21,468 bases of DNA from Chthoniobacteraceae bacterium (GCA_031409335.1 JANNWY010000007.1:1-21468), one strand, 5' to 3'. Positions 1 to 11,400 are shown, numbered from the stretch's first letter. Notes: a model not told the origin generated them from the letters alone. A program made the numbers and translations.

Positions 1-125
1 CCCCCCCCCGCCGGGCGGGGGCCCCGGGGGCGCCCCCCCCCCCGGGGGCCGCCCCCCCCCCCCCCCCCCCCGGCCGGGGCGGCCCCCCCCCCTCGGCCCC
101 CCCCCGCCGGGGGTCCCCACCCCCA
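1..125. other. Low-complexity poly-C/G tract at the window edge, probably a sequencing or assembly artefact
   Basis: Almost only C/G homopolymer runs, unlike the rest of the window, at the sequence end. Confidence 0.7.
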
Positions 126-133
126 CGACGCGT

Positions 134-3100
134 TCAACCGCGCCGCCGACGCATCCCAAGCAGCGTTGTAACCCCGCCGAGCAGCAACATCGCGCTGCCG
201 GGCTCGGGGACTGGCTGGACGGATTTCACCGCAAGTGCGCCACCGCCGAAATCATCTCCGTCGAGGAAATCCGGGGCAGGGGGCGGAGGTGAGCCCAGTG
301 TCACCACAGCGCCACCGCCGATTACCAACTCCGAGAGCGTCTGGCTAACGAAGATGTTGGTTTCCGCGCTGGCGTCGATTTTCGAAGTGCCCGTGCCGAG
401 CGCGCTGTGCAAGTCCGTGGTGCCTCCACTGGTAGTGAGTTTGGTCAGACCGGTCAGGATGCTGGTGGCCGTGAAATCCACCGTGCCATCGCCGATTTTC
501 GTGATCGTGCCTGGACCGCTGATCGCGTTGGTGAAGTTCACCGTGCCTCCAAGGGCTGCGGTAACACTGGCATCAGCGTTCAAGGTGATGGCTCCGGAGA
601 AAGTTGAGGTAGCGTCGGGCACATCGCTACCGAGCACGCCGAAGCCAACGACCGGTCCCGGCGTGTTGAACTGAATGTTGTCGAAACGATTATTACCAGC
701 GGTGGAACCGGCACCAGTGACCGTAAGACGGACGTAAGCCGTGGCAGCGTTGTTCAAGCCAGCAGTCGGGCTCAAGGTCTGGGCAGCGAAGGCTGCCGGG
801 ATGGGTGTGACCGAGCCCAAGCTACTCCAGGCAGTCCCGTCGGTGCTGTATTCCCAAGTTTGGGTGTTAAATCCGGTGGCGGTACTTTGAGTCGCATAAC
901 TCACGGCGAGGTTCGCCAACCCCGTCATATTCACCTTGAACACGATGCTTTTTCCGTTGGCGCTGCTATTCGCCAAAGCGAGGGCTGCCGCACCGCTAGT
1001 CGTCGTCGAAAATCCTGCGCCCGCATTGATCGCGGTGCCCCCAAATGCGGTCACTTCCGGATTCGTTACACCCGAAAGAAATGTGCCGGAGCCATTCGTC
1101 CCATCAAGATAAAGTGTGCCGGTGCCAAAGTTAGCTTGATAAACGAATGGAGAGATAACAATGGGATTGGGAGTGGTCGTGGACGTTACAGCAGCCGTCC
1201 CGCCAGTAGTTGTCGTCTGAAAATCCCATCCGCCAAGGAGCGTCGAAGTTGGGGTGCCAGTCATCGTGATGCTATTGGCAATGGTCACTCCAGCACCGGC
1301 AAGGAGGGTAGTTTTGACGGTTGCCGCGCCACTACCCAGGCTGCCTCCGGTATCCACCTTCAGGGTTCCTGCATTGACCGACGTTCCGCCAGTATAGGCA
1401 TTGGCACCCGAGAGCGTCAAAGTCCCGGCTCCCTGCTTCGCCAGGCTGCCTCCGGTCCCGGTGATGATCCCGGCGAAACTCGTGATCGTGCCGTCGCCCA
1501 CGGTGAGCGTGTTTGCTTGAAGATCGACACTGCCTCCCGTAGCGCCGCCGCCCGCCAGCGAACCGATGGTCTCGCTTGCGTTTAACTTAAAGGTCGCTCC
1601 CGCAGCGTCGGCGAGGGAAACCGCCCCGGTATTGCTGATCGCGCTTCCACCGGAGACCGCAAGCGTACCGGCGTTAATGGTGGTGATGCCCGTGTAGGGG
1701 TTGACTCCTGAAAGCGTGGTCGTCCCCGGGCCGTCCTTTGTCACCGTGCCGGCGATCGTGGCGATCGCCCCGGAAACCGCGATGTCTCCGGCTCCGCCGA
1801 AGGTGAGATTGCCACTGGCACCTGTGATCCCACCGGAGAGCGTGAGCAAATTGGCGTCGGCGTTGATTCTGGTCTCGAACCCTATGACGATGGCTCCGGC
1901 ATATGAATTCGCGCCACTCACGCTGCGCAAGGCCCCACCCCCGGAAACGCCGTTTCCGTTGATCGTGAGCCCTTCCGCGCCGATGGCAACGCCGCCGATC
2001 AGTTCGAGGGAGGCATCCGCGACCACCGTCGTGCCGGCTGCCGTGGCCCCGAGCGCAGTAGCCGAGGTCACCCTCAACGCACCTGTCGAGACGGTCGTCA
2101 GCCCCGTGTAGGAATTGTTGCCGCCGATGGTGAGGATGTTACTCCCCAGCTTGGTTACAGAACCGCTGCCGCTGATGTCGTCGGAGAAAGTAACGTCGTC
2201 GGTCCGGTTAAATGTCAGGGTTCCATTGTTGGTGATGCTCCCCGCGATACTCCCCGCAGTTGCGCCATCGCCCACCTGCAAAGTTGCCCCGGAAATGGTG
2301 GTGCCTCCGGTATGACTGTCCGAGCCTGCGATGACGAGCGTCCCACCTCCAGCCACGGTCATCCCGGTCGTGCCGATGATCGCCGAAGCGATCGTAGCCG
2401 TTCCGCCAGACACGCTCACGAGATTTGTGCTAACGTCTGCTCCGGTCAGATTGACGGTTCCCGAACTCAGCGTGTAGCCGTTGGAAGCGAACGAAATACC
2501 AGCAGCGGCGGCAACCGTTCCACTGACGGTCACCAGGCTTGGATTCACCGCGCCGCCGAAAGTTGCAGTCTTGGTCGAATCCCATGCCCCACCCGCCACG
2601 TCGGCGTCAGTCGTCGCCCAGGCAGTGCCACCGCTTTGACTCCAAGTGCCGACATCGCCCAGGACAGCATCATCGCCGACCCAGTAGAGCGCCGTCCCGC
2701 TAACAACAGTAGTTGCCGACAGTGTAAAGTTATCGAAGCCTAAACCCTGAGAATTGGAGCCTGTGGTATTGAAATTCCAACGGAGGTAGTAGTTTGAACC
2801 GTTCGTCAAGGACAGTCCGGTAATCGTAGGCGCTTTGGAAACAACCGTGCCCGTGGTGAAGTTGTAGGCGTTGGCCCCGGTCGCGAACGCCCCGCTGTCA
2901 CCTGACGTGAATGGCGTCCAATTAATGCCGTCCGTGGAGGCGAAGAAAGTGATGGCCGCTGCCGCCGTGTTGATCCGATAACGTTCGTAGTCGAACCCGA
3001 GGGTCAGGGAACTAATCGTGCTACCCGTGCTGTTCGTGAATCCAAAAAGAACACTATTGGGAGACGCGTAACCACCCGAGGTCATGAATCCAACCGCGCG

Positions 3101-3538
3101 GTCGGTAGTGGTGGTTCCATTACCCCAGTTGTAGCGGCCCCCGGCCGTGGGAGCCCCAGTGCTGGCTGCCTGAGTAGTAGCTGCCAAGCCCGCAGAGTAA
3201 GTTGGAGCTGCTGTACCGGCGGCAGTCAGCAACCATCCCGAGGGCAAAGTTGCGGTTGAAGTTGAACCGATTGAATTGAAGTCCTCAAGATAGGTCGTAC
3301 TCGTCAACGTGAACTCCGCGCGAGCAGCGCCTGCTCCCAGTCCCAGAAACGCCGCCAGTGCGAAAGCGGTCACGATCTTCGCCCGGTTGCGCGATGGAAT
3401 TTCCGCATTGGTTTCATTCGAGAACTGCGCGGGCAAGTTGGCAGCGAACGGAAACGAACCGGGGCGGGTGCTGCGCTGGTGAACGGAAGTGGCAGGGACG
3501 GTACGGGCGGAATGGCCGTTGAAGTGTGTGTGTTTCAT
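134..3538 (-). CDS. PEP-CTERM surface protein with autotransporter-associated beta-strand repeats and two inserted beta-sandwich-like domains
   Basis: C-terminal VPEPGSAMLLLGGVTTLLGMRRRRG sorting signal; repeats such as SLAKQGAGTLTLSGANAYTGGTSVNAGTL and SVTKLGSNILTIGGNNSYTGLTTVSTGAL; signal peptide ending AARA. Start placed at the ATG at 3538 (MKHTHF) rather than the track's TTG at 3619; start uncertain. Confidence 0.9.
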   Translation of the reverse strand: MKHTHFNGHSARTVPATSVHQRSTRPGSFPFAANLPAQFSNETNAEIPSRNRAKIVTAFALAAFLGLGAGAARAEFTLTSTTYLEDFNSIGSTSTATLPSGWLLTAAGTAAPTYSAGLAATTQAASTGAPTAGGRYNWGNGTTTTDRAVGFMTSGGYASPNSVLFGFTNSTGSTISSLTLGFDYERYRINTAAAAITFFASTDGINWTPFTSGDSGAFATGANAYNFTTGTVVSKAPTITGLSLTNGSNYYLRWNFNTTGSNSQGLGFDNFTLSATTVVSGTALYWVGDDAVLGDVGTWSQSGGTAWATTDADVAGGAWDSTKTATFGGAVNPSLVTVSGTVAAAAGISFASNGYTLSSGTVNLTGADVSTNLVSVSGGTATIASAIIGTTGMTVAGGGTLVIAGSDSHTGGTTISGATLQVGDGATAGSIAGSITNNGTLTFNRTDDVTFSDDISGSGSVTKLGSNILTIGGNNSYTGLTTVSTGALRVTSATALGATAAGTTVVADASLELIGGVAIGAEGLTINGNGVSGGGALRSVSGANSYAGAIVIGFETRINADANLLTLSGGITGASGNLTFGGAGDIAVSGAIATIAGTVTKDGPGTTTLSGVNPYTGITTINAGTLAVSGGSAISNTGAVSLADAAGATFKLNASETIGSLAGGGATGGSVDLQANTLTVGDGTITSFAGIITGTGGSLAKQGAGTLTLSGANAYTGGTSVNAGTLKVDTGGSLGSGAATVKTTLLAGAGVTIANSITMTGTPTSTLLGGWDFQTTTTGGTAAVTSTTTPNPIVISPFVYQANFGTGTLYLDGTNGSGTFLSGVTNPEVTAFGGTAINAGAGFSTTTSGAAALALANSSANGKSIVFKVNMTGLANLAVSYATQSTATGFNTQTWEYSTDGTAWSSLGSVTPIPAAFAAQTLSPTAGLNNAATAYVRLTVTGAGSTAGNNRFDNIQFNTPGPVVGFGVLGSDVPDATSTFSGAITLNADASVTAALGGTVNFTNAISGPGTITKIGDGTVDFTATSILTGLTKLTTSGGTTDLHSALGTGTSKIDASAETNIFVSQTLSELVIGGGAVVTLGSPPPPAPDFLDGDDFGGGALAVKSVQPVPEPGSAMLLLGGVTTLLGMRRRRG

Positions 3539-3734
3539 GGAGTCGATATTGCGGATTTTGATGTTTTGAAAGTCATCCTCCCGTGAAAGCCTTATGGTGT
3601 TTTTAGACAAACCTGACAAATTCTGTCCAGCTTGGAATTATCCGCGGAAGCGGTTCGGGTGCGCGTCCGGGGAGCGCGCATGGAATGAACGCGGGATCTT
3701 GGGTAAAGTTTCACGATCGGTTTCGGCAGCCGTT

Positions 3735-3751
3735 AGCAGTCGATTTGCCAA
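3735..3751 (-). promoter_or_regulatory. Candidate sigma-54 (-24/-12) promoter for the PEP-CTERM gene
   Basis: Minus strand reads TTGGCAAATCGACTGCT: GG-N10-GC in TGGCA...TGC context, about 200 nt upstream of the ATG at 3538. Confidence 0.55.
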
Positions 3752-3837
3752 TCGTCCGGGAATCTTGCGCCGCAATGCGCGGCTGCCCGGACGATTTGAT
3801 GGCAAACCCTGATGCACACTGTCTTTGCGGGTTTGCC
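3750..3837. repeat. Two tandem inverted repeats between the divergent PEP-CTERM and helicase genes
   Basis: AATCGTCCGGG (3750-3760) / CCCGGACGATT (3786-3796), a perfect 11-bp IR; GGCAAACCC (3801-3809) / GGGTTTGCC (3829-3837), a perfect 9-bp IR. Confidence 0.7.
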
Positions 3838-4099
3838 TCATCCTTCGGATTTTTCTTCGCGGGGAAAAACTTTGAGACGTGGACGCCGGCGATGCCGGAC
3901 AAATCCCGCCAGCGATTGCGCAATTCCCCACACCTCGCGCCGCCGGTCGCGAAAGGCGTTGGATTGAAATCAGTCGGCGTCATCATGGGACAAGCTGTTC
4001 CACGTTTACGTCACAATTCCATGTCTGCTGTGTGCCGTTCGCGAAAAAATGTGCGCCGCCATTTACGAGTCGGCGTTCACGTTCCACACTCCGCTCTTC

Positions 4100-6088
4100 A
4101 TGGCCCGCGAATACACTCTCCACCGGCACGCCGCACCCGCCGGTCCTGCCATCGACTACGCCGCCGAGCTGAACGAACAGCAGTGCGCCGCCGTCACCGC
4201 GCCGCCCGGCCCGGCGCTCGTCATCGCGGGCGCGGGGAGCGGGAAAACGCGCACGCTGACTTATCGCGTGGCGTATCTCATCGAGAACGGCGTGTCGCCG
4301 TCGAACATCCTGCTGCTCACTTTTACCAACAAAGCCGCGCGCGAAATGATGGACCGCGTCGCCGCGCTCATCCCGCACGATCTCAGCGGACTTTGGGGCG
4401 GCACCTTTCACTCAATCGGGAATCGCATCCTGCGTCGCTGCCCGACCGAAGCCGGTTTCGCGCCCGGTTTTTCCATCATGGATCGCGAGGATCAGAAGGA
4501 CTTGATGGACTCCGTCATCGCCACGCTCGGCCACGATCCGAAGGACAAACGCTTCCCAAAGGGCGACGTGCTTGCGGACGTTTTCAGCTACTCGATCAAC
4601 ACCGGCAAATCCATCGACGACGTGCTCGTGGAAAAGTATCCGCACTTCCTCGAATTCGGCGAGCAGATCGCCGGCGCGCAAAAAAAATACGAGGCGCGGA
4701 AGAAGCAGGCGAACTCGCTCGACTTCGACGACCTGCTGGAAAAAACGCTGCTGCTTTTGCAAAACAACGCGGAGATCGCGGCGTTTCATCAGCAGAAATT
4801 TCAGTTCGTTCTCGTCGATGAATATCAGGACACGAACCGCATCCAGGCGGACTTCATCGACCTGCTCGGCGCGAAGCATCGCAACGTGATGGTCGTCGGC
4901 GACGACGCGCAAAGCATCTACTCGTGGCGCGGCGCGAACTTCAAAAACATCCTCGATTTTCCGAAGCGGTATCCGAACGCAAAAGTCTATCGCATCGAGA
5001 CGAACTACCGCAGCGTCCCGGAAATCCTCGAAGTCGCGAATCACGCCATCGCGGCGAACGTGAACCAGTTCAAAAAAGAGCTGATCGCCGCACGCGAGGC
5101 CGCGCCGATGAAGCCCGGCATCATCCCGCTCGGCGACTCGTCGCAGCAGGCGCAATTCATCGCGCAGCGCATCCTCGATCTGCGCGAGGAAGGCATCGAC
5201 CTCAACGAAATCGCGGTGCTCTACCGCGCGCATTATCACTCGATGGAAGTGCAGATGGAACTCACCCGGCACGGCATCCCGTTCAGCATCACGAGCGGCC
5301 TGCGTTTCTTCGAGCAGGCGCATGTGAAGGATGTCGCGGCGTTTCTGAAATTCGTGTGCAACCCGCGCGATGAAGTCGCCTTCAAACGCATGGTGCGCCT
5401 GCTCCCCGGCATCGGCGCGATCTCCGCCGAGAGCTTGTGGAAAAAAGCATCCGCCTTCTCCGACCTCACCACCCTCATCGCTCAACTCCCCACTTTCCGC
5501 GTCCCGTCGAAAGCGGAAAAAGCTTGGAAACAACTCGCCCACACGCTCGAAGAAATCGCCCCAGGCGGAAAACCAAACCCGCCCGCCGAGATGATCGCGA
5601 GCGTGATGGAAGCCGTGTACGACGACTACGCGCGCGCCAATTTCCCCAACTACGATCAGCGCCGCGAAGACCTGCAAACGCTCGCCAACTTCGCGAGGCA
5701 ATACGAGCAGGCCGCGGAATTCCTCGACCAGCTCGCGCTGCTCACCAGCCTCGATCACGAAGTCTCCGCCGCGAACGACGACGACGAAATGGTGACACTC
5801 AGCAGCGTGCATCAGGCGAAGGGTCTGGAGTGGAAAGTCGTCTTCGTCATCTGGATGACCGACGGGATGTTTCCGAGTTCGCGCTCATTGGAAAGCGACG
5901 ACGCCATCGAGGAGGAGCGCCGCCTGTTCTACGTCGCCGTCACGCGCGCCCGCGACGAACTTTACCTCACCTATCCGCACATGCGCCTGAACGCCGGTTA
6001 CGGTGAAATGATGCAGCGCCCCTCGCGCTTCCTCGGCGAAATCCCGAAGGCCAGCATTGAGGAATGGCAGATTCGCGGGGCGTATTAG
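4100..6088 (+). CDS. uvrD: ATP-dependent SF1A DNA helicase, UvrD/PcrA/Rep family
   Basis: Q motif LNEQQ, Walker A AGAGSGKT, TFTNKAA, DEYQD, VGDDAQSIYSWRGA, NYRS, HQAKGLEW, EERRLFYVAVTRA. Start at ATG 4100 (MAREYTL). No C-terminal Tudor-like extension. Confidence 0.93.
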   Translation: MAREYTLHRHAAPAGPAIDYAAELNEQQCAAVTAPPGPALVIAGAGSGKTRTLTYRVAYLIENGVSPSNILLLTFTNKAAREMMDRVAALIPHDLSGLWGGTFHSIGNRILRRCPTEAGFAPGFSIMDREDQKDLMDSVIATLGHDPKDKRFPKGDVLADVFSYSINTGKSIDDVLVEKYPHFLEFGEQIAGAQKKYEARKKQANSLDFDDLLEKTLLLLQNNAEIAAFHQQKFQFVLVDEYQDTNRIQADFIDLLGAKHRNVMVVGDDAQSIYSWRGANFKNILDFPKRYPNAKVYRIETNYRSVPEILEVANHAIAANVNQFKKELIAAREAAPMKPGIIPLGDSSQQAQFIAQRILDLREEGIDLNEIAVLYRAHYHSMEVQMELTRHGIPFSITSGLRFFEQAHVKDVAAFLKFVCNPRDEVAFKRMVRLLPGIGAISAESLWKKASAFSDLTTLIAQLPTFRVPSKAEKAWKQLAHTLEEIAPGGKPNPPAEMIASVMEAVYDDYARANFPNYDQRREDLQTLANFARQYEQAAEFLDQLALLTSLDHEVSAANDDDEMVTLSSVHQAKGLEWKVVFVIWMTDGMFPSSRSLESDDAIEEERRLFYVAVTRARDELYLTYPHMRLNAGYGEMMQRPSRFLGEIPKASIEEWQIRGAY

Positions 6089-6144
6089 AACCGCCGCGAA
6101 TCCGTCATTCGAAGCCAGTGAGAACTTCCCAGATCACACCACCG

Positions 6145-8337
6145 CTACCGCGGCAGTGGGAAGCGCGCGGTGAGGGCGCGGACTTGGGTGCGGATTTTTT
6201 GCAGCTCGGTGTCGTCGTCCTTGTGGCCGAGCGCGCGGTGGATGAGGTCGGCGATTTCCATCATGTCGTCCTCTTTCATGCCGCGCGTCGTCACCGCCGG
6301 CGTGCCGACGCGGATGCCGCCGCCGAGCGTGATTTTTTCCGTGTCGAAGGGGATGCCGTTTTTGTTCACGGTGATGCCTGCGCGATCGAGCACGTCGGAC
6401 GCGATCTTGCCGTTGATGCCGTGGGGCCGGAGATCGACGAGCATCAGGTGATTGTCCGTGCCGCCGCTGACGATGCGGTAGCCGTTCTTCGCGAGGCCGG
6501 CGGCGAGCGCCTTGGCGTTGCTCACGATCTGCCGCGCGTATTCTTTGAATGACGGTTGCAGCGCTTCGTGGAAACACACGGCTTTTGCCGCGATCACGTG
6601 CTCCAGCGGGCCGCCCTGGATTCCCGGGAAAACCTGCGAGTCGATGCCCTTCGCATATTTCTCTTTGCAAATGATGATGCCGGCGCGCGGGCCGCGCAGA
6701 CTCTTATGCGTGGTCGTCGTCACGAAATCCGCAAGCGGCACCGGCGTCGGATGCGCCCCGCCCGCGACGAGCCCGGCGATGTGCGCCATATCGACGAAGA
6801 GCAGCGCGCCCACGCTGTCGGCGATGGCGCGCATTCTCTCGAAATCAATGAGTCGCGGATATGCGCTCGCGCCGGCGGTGATCATCTTTGGCTGGAATTC
6901 GGCGGCGTGTTTCGCGAGCGCGTCGTAGTCGATCCGCTCGTCGGTCTGGCTCACGCCGTAGTGCGAGATTTGGTAAAAGCGCCCCGAAAAATTCGCCTTG
7001 TTGCCGTGCGTGAGATGGCCGCCGTGCGCGAGGTCCATCGTCAGGATTTTGTCGCCCGGCTGGAGCACGGAGAAATAGACCGCCATGTTTGCCTGGCTGC
7101 CGCTGTGCGGCTGCACGTTCACGTGGTCGCCGCCGAAAAGCGCCTTCGCGCGGTCGATCGCGAGCTGCTCGACGACATCGACGTGCTCACAGCCGCCGTA
7201 CCAGCGGCGTCCGGGATAACCCTCCGCGTATTTGTTCGTCAGGCAGGAGCCCTGCGCTTCCATCACCGCCGGACTCGTGAAATTTTCCGACGCGATCAAT
7301 TCGATGTTTTCAAACTGGCGTTTCGCCTCCGCCTCGATCGCTGCGAAAATCTCCGGGTCCACTGCGGCGAGCGCAGCATGGCCGGGGCTGGCGGATACAC
7401 CGCAGCTCAACTTGTTCACGCGCCGCTCATGACGACCGCCTTCAAATTTCGCGGTGAGAAACGCCTCGACGATGCGGGCCACGTCGCTCGGGTTGACATG
7501 CCGCGCACCGAGGCAAAGCACGTTCGCGTTGTTATGCTGCCGCGTCACCGCCGCGTCCGCGGGATTCGCGACGAGCGCAGCGCGGATTTGCGGATGGCGA
7601 TTCGCCATGATGCTCATCCCGATGCCGCTGCCGCAGGCGAGCACGCCGAAGTCCGCGCGGCCCGCGATTACCTCCTGGCAGACGGCTTCCGCGAAGTCGT
7701 TGTAGTCCACGGACTCTTTCGCCGAAGTGCCGAAATCACCGACGTTTTCACCACGCTTCGATAGGTAGGAAAGCACGGCTTGTTTCAACTCGATCCCCGC
7801 GTGATCGGCGCCAATGGCGATGTGCAGCGGGCGGCTGTGCGATGAGGCGGGAACGGATGCGGATGTTTGGGTCGGTGTCATGTCGGTTTGATCAATATAT
7901 TTCAATACGCTCGGGAGCGCCTTTTGGAGCGTCTCGCGGCAGCGGGTGTAAGCGTCGATGCCGAGGCCGATGGGATCGGGCACATCGGGGGATTGGCGGA
8001 GATCATCGTCGAATTCGCAGACCAGAAACGTCTTGTCCGCCGCCTCCGGAAAAACGAGCTGGATCGTCTCCATATGCCCGCGCGTCATGGCGAAAATGTG
8101 CGTCGCTTTTTCCACCAGCTCCTCGGAAAGCGGCTGGCTGCGGATGCGCGTGATGTCGATCCCGAGCGGCCGCAGCACCTCCACGGAATGCGAACTCGGC
8201 GGCTGCCCATAGACTGTGCCGACGCCCGCCGAAGCCACGGTCACATCGCCGCGCCCTTTCAAGGCATCGCGCAACAGACCCTCCGCCATCGGGCTGCGGC
8301 AAATGTTTCCGGTGCAGACGAAAAGGATGTGTTTCAC
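6145..8337 (-). CDS. glyA: Triple fusion: low-molecular-weight protein phosphatase + ribose-5-phosphate isomerase B + serine hydroxymethyltransferase
   Basis: One uninterrupted frame. [20 protein letters not shown] and DVPDPIG (~8337-7890). Rpi[30 protein letters not shown] (~7830-7405). [32 protein letters not shown] with the PLP lysine (~7375-6145). Probable GTG start at 8337. Confidence 0.93.
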   Translation of the reverse strand: MKHILFVCTGNICRSPMAEGLLRDALKGRGDVTVASAGVGTVYGQPPSSHSVEVLRPLGIDITRIRSQPLSEELVEKATHIFAMTRGHMETIQLVFPEAADKTFLVCEFDDDLRQSPDVPDPIGLGIDAYTRCRETLQKALPSVLKYIDQTDMTPTQTSASVPASSHSRPLHIAIGADHAGIELKQAVLSYLSKRGENVGDFGTSAKESVDYNDFAEAVCQEVIAGRADFGVLACGSGIGMSIMANRHPQIRAALVANPADAAVTRQHNNANVLCLGARHVNPSDVARIVEAFLTAKFEGGRHERRVNKLSCGVSASPGHAALAAVDPEIFAAIEAEAKRQFENIELIASENFTSPAVMEAQGSCLTNKYAEGYPGRRWYGGCEHVDVVEQLAIDRAKALFGGDHVNVQPHSGSQANMAVYFSVLQPGDKILTMDLAHGGHLTHGNKANFSGRFYQISHYGVSQTDERIDYDALAKHAAEFQPKMITAGASAYPRLIDFERMRAIADSVGALLFVDMAHIAGLVAGGAHPTPVPLADFVTTTTHKSLRGPRAGIIICKEKYAKGIDSQVFPGIQGGPLEHVIAAKAVCFHEALQPSFKEYARQIVSNAKALAAGLAKNGYRIVSGGTDNHLMLVDLRPHGINGKIASDVLDRAGITVNKNGIPFDTEKITLGGGIRVGTPAVTTRGMKEDDMMEIADLIHRALGHKDDDTELQKIRTQVRALTARFPLPR

Positions 8338-8430
8338 GGTGGCTTGGAAAAGGCGGCGAACATATGGACGCGGTTCCGCCAAGTCAATGAGCGTGCCCGA
8401 TCCGGGCGGCGCGCTGACGCGGTGCCCGCG

Positions 8431-11400
8431 TCAGATTCCCCGCGTCCGAAGCTGGCGGCGCAGGATCGCGTAAAGCAGCACGAGTTGCACGAGGCTGGTC
8501 GTGATCAGGACGAGGGCGTTGCGGGTGAAGACGGTGAGGACGAGCGGATGATCGTGGACGAATTCCCAGCGCTCCGGGCCGAAGTAGTGCCGCTTGGCCG
8601 GGCCAAAGAATACGTTCACCGGACGCGGGCGCCGGTAGTCGCTTTGCTCGGTCTCGGCTTTCGAAACGAGGTCGTTCACTTTTTGATTTGTGTAAAGGCG
8701 CTCGGCGGTGACGCCACTCGTGCGGCTGCGCAGGCCGGTGGTTTCAAGCGGGCCGCCGTCGATGATTTTATCCACGCGCTTCAATCGTTTCACGATCTCA
8801 GCTTCGGAGCCGGATTCGAGACCGCTGAGCAGGGCCAGCGTGTCTTTCAAATCCTCCAGGCGACTCGTCTCGGCGGGCGTCCGTTCGCGATTCCCCGCGA
8901 TGGCGTCGATCTGTTCCTGCAACTCATCCTGCCGACCTGCGAGCGGATTCAGCCGCGCCTGCGCGACGATGAGCGCCTCATAGCTGTAGTGCGTCGCCAC
9001 GAAGCGGCTGATGAGCGGCACCGTGAGTTGTTCGTCTTCGCGCGGATGCGGCACTTCGCGTGGGTGCGTGCTGATCCAGCGTTTGATCGTGTAGATCGCG
9101 TCGAGGTCTTTGTTCATGTCCTCATACTTGATGAGCGCGCCGCCGAAGATGAGCTGCGGGATGAGCACGAGCGGGACGAAATTTGCCGCCGTCTTGCTGT
9201 CGGCCACGATCGAGCTGATGAGCAGGCCGAGGCTGGTGCCGCTGGCGGCGGTGATGAGCATGAACCAGAAGTACGGCCAGAACATGCCACGGATTTCCAG
9301 GATGTGGTTGCCCACGAGGATGAAGAGCGCGCACTGCACGGCGGAGAAAAGCACCAGCGCGCCAAATTTCGCGGCGACGTACGAGCCGAGCCGCACGTCG
9401 AGATTTCGCTCGCGATGCAGCACCACGCGGTCGCGGATGATGTCATCGACGGAATTCATCAGCGCGAGGAACAGCGCGACGAGCAGCGCGATGAAAATGT
9501 AAGTCGGGATGTGGAAGGCGCTGGCGAACGTGTATTTGCCGGAGGCGTCGTCGGTGAAATACAGCGCCCAGCCGACCAGCAGCGCGAGCGCGGGCGGGAC
9601 GAGGACGGTGAGGAAGAGATTGCCGCGATTGCGCAGCTTCGAGATGAAGGCGCGCCGCCACAGCGTGCGGAATTGCGTCCACTCATCGCGCCAGCGGATC
9701 GCCTGGCGTTTTCGGTCCATGAGCGCGCGCTCCATCGGCTCCACGGAAGTCGCGGCGGCCTTGCGCAGATTCACCTGCTTCACGTCCTGCAAGAGCCGGA
9801 AGCTCTCGTATTTATCCCGCCAGTAGTCGGGCGAGAAACGGCGCGCGGGCACGAGCTGACCCTGGCTGTTTTCCTCGTAAATGATGTCACCGCTGAGATC
9901 GCGCAACGGCGTCTCGAGCACGTCGAAGATGAATTCCGGGCGCGTCGTGCCGCACGCGGGACAGCCGCCGAGTTCCGTGCCGAAATGCTGCTCGTGCTCG
10001 GCTTCCGCGAAGTAATTCAGCATCTCGCCGGGCGTGCCGTAAAAGACCAGCCGCCCGCCTTTGTCGAGCAGCAGCGCCTTGCTAAACATCTGGAACAATT
10101 TCGAGGTCGGCTGGTGAATCGTCACCAGCACGATTTTATTGTGCGCCATCGCGCGGATGATCTCAATGACGTGCTCGCTGTCCTTCGAGCTGAGGCCGCT
10201 CGTCGGTTCGTCGAACAGGAACACGTCCGCGCTGGAGATCATGTCCAGGCCGATGTTCAGCCGCTTCCGCTCGCCGCCGGAGAGGCGCTTTTTCACCGGA
10301 TTGCCGACGACCGATCCGCGCCGCTCGATCAGCCCGAGCTCGATCAAGCGCCCCTCGATCCGGCGCGAGCGGTCGCGTCCGGACAAATGCGGCGAGCGGA
10401 TCGCGGCGGCAAATTCCATGTTCTCCTCGATCGTGAGGTGGTCGTCGAATGCGTCGTCCTGCGGGATGTAAGCGACGAAAGTTTTGAGCGTTTCGAGATC
10501 GGAGTAGAGCGCTTGGCCGTTGAGCAGCACCTCGCCTTCCGTCGGCGAGAGCTGGCCCGCGATGCAGCGCAGCAGCGTGCTTTTTCCCGAGCCGCTCGCG
10601 CCCATCACGCACACCATCTCGCCGCGGCGCATGGAAAAATTGATACCGTCGAGCCCGGTCGCATCGCGCCGAAAACGATGCGTCAAATCGCGGAGTTCCA
10701 GCGAGGAAATGATGTTGCGCTCCTCCTCGATGATGCGCTCGGAAAAGTTGCACCGCAGCACCTGGCCCGTGTCGATGCGGATGGTGTCGCCGTCTTTCAG
10801 ATCGACCATGCCTTTCACCTGCTGATCGCCGACGATGATCGGGCGATCCGCTTGCAGCACTTCGAGACGGCCCACTTTGTTTTCGTAGTCACAGAGAATT
10901 TTCAGCAGCACTTCGCCGCTCGTGCCGGGCGAAAGCAGGATGTCGTCGTGATCGAGCAGCGATGGGTTGTTCGAGACGAGATAGCCGGATTTGTAGGCCT
11001 TGAGCTGGAAGCGTCCGCCGAGCGCGCGCGCGCGGCGGCGCAGATCGGCGAGCGGCAGCTCGGAGTCGTTGTGAAAGACGATTTTGTCGTCGAGCGAAGC
11101 CTCCACCACCGTGCCCGCGCGCAAGGCCACGCCATTCAAAAGCGCATCGACCGTCCGCAGCGCACGCACCTGCACTTTCAGCCCGAAAATGACCTCCAGC
11201 GAACTCTCGCGATTGCGCACCTTCTCGATATCGACCTCATCGTTGTTGTCGATCGCGAGATAAACCTGCGTCAGCGAGACGTTCTTCTTCGCATTAAAAT
11301 AATACGCGAGATCCTGGTACGTCAGCACCTGCTCGCCGAGGATGATGCGCTGCCCGGAATACACGCGGCAAAACGCGCCCGGCCCGAGCGGCCGCCCGCG

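Noticed and set aside
1..125. C/G-run tract as a G-quadruplex or biological repeat
   Set aside because: Edge position and homopolymer character fit a sequencing or assembly artefact; cannot be assessed without reads.
3798..3840. GGCAAACC suggested a c-di-GMP-I riboswitch
   Set aside because: The GAAA-tetraloop P2 and the following GGxCGCAAAG are absent on both strands; kept only as an inverted repeat.
3685..5812. Long alternative ORFs (3685-4821 +, 4412-5812 -) over the helicase
   Set aside because: Off-frame or antisense to a clear UvrD gene; composition typical of shadow frames.
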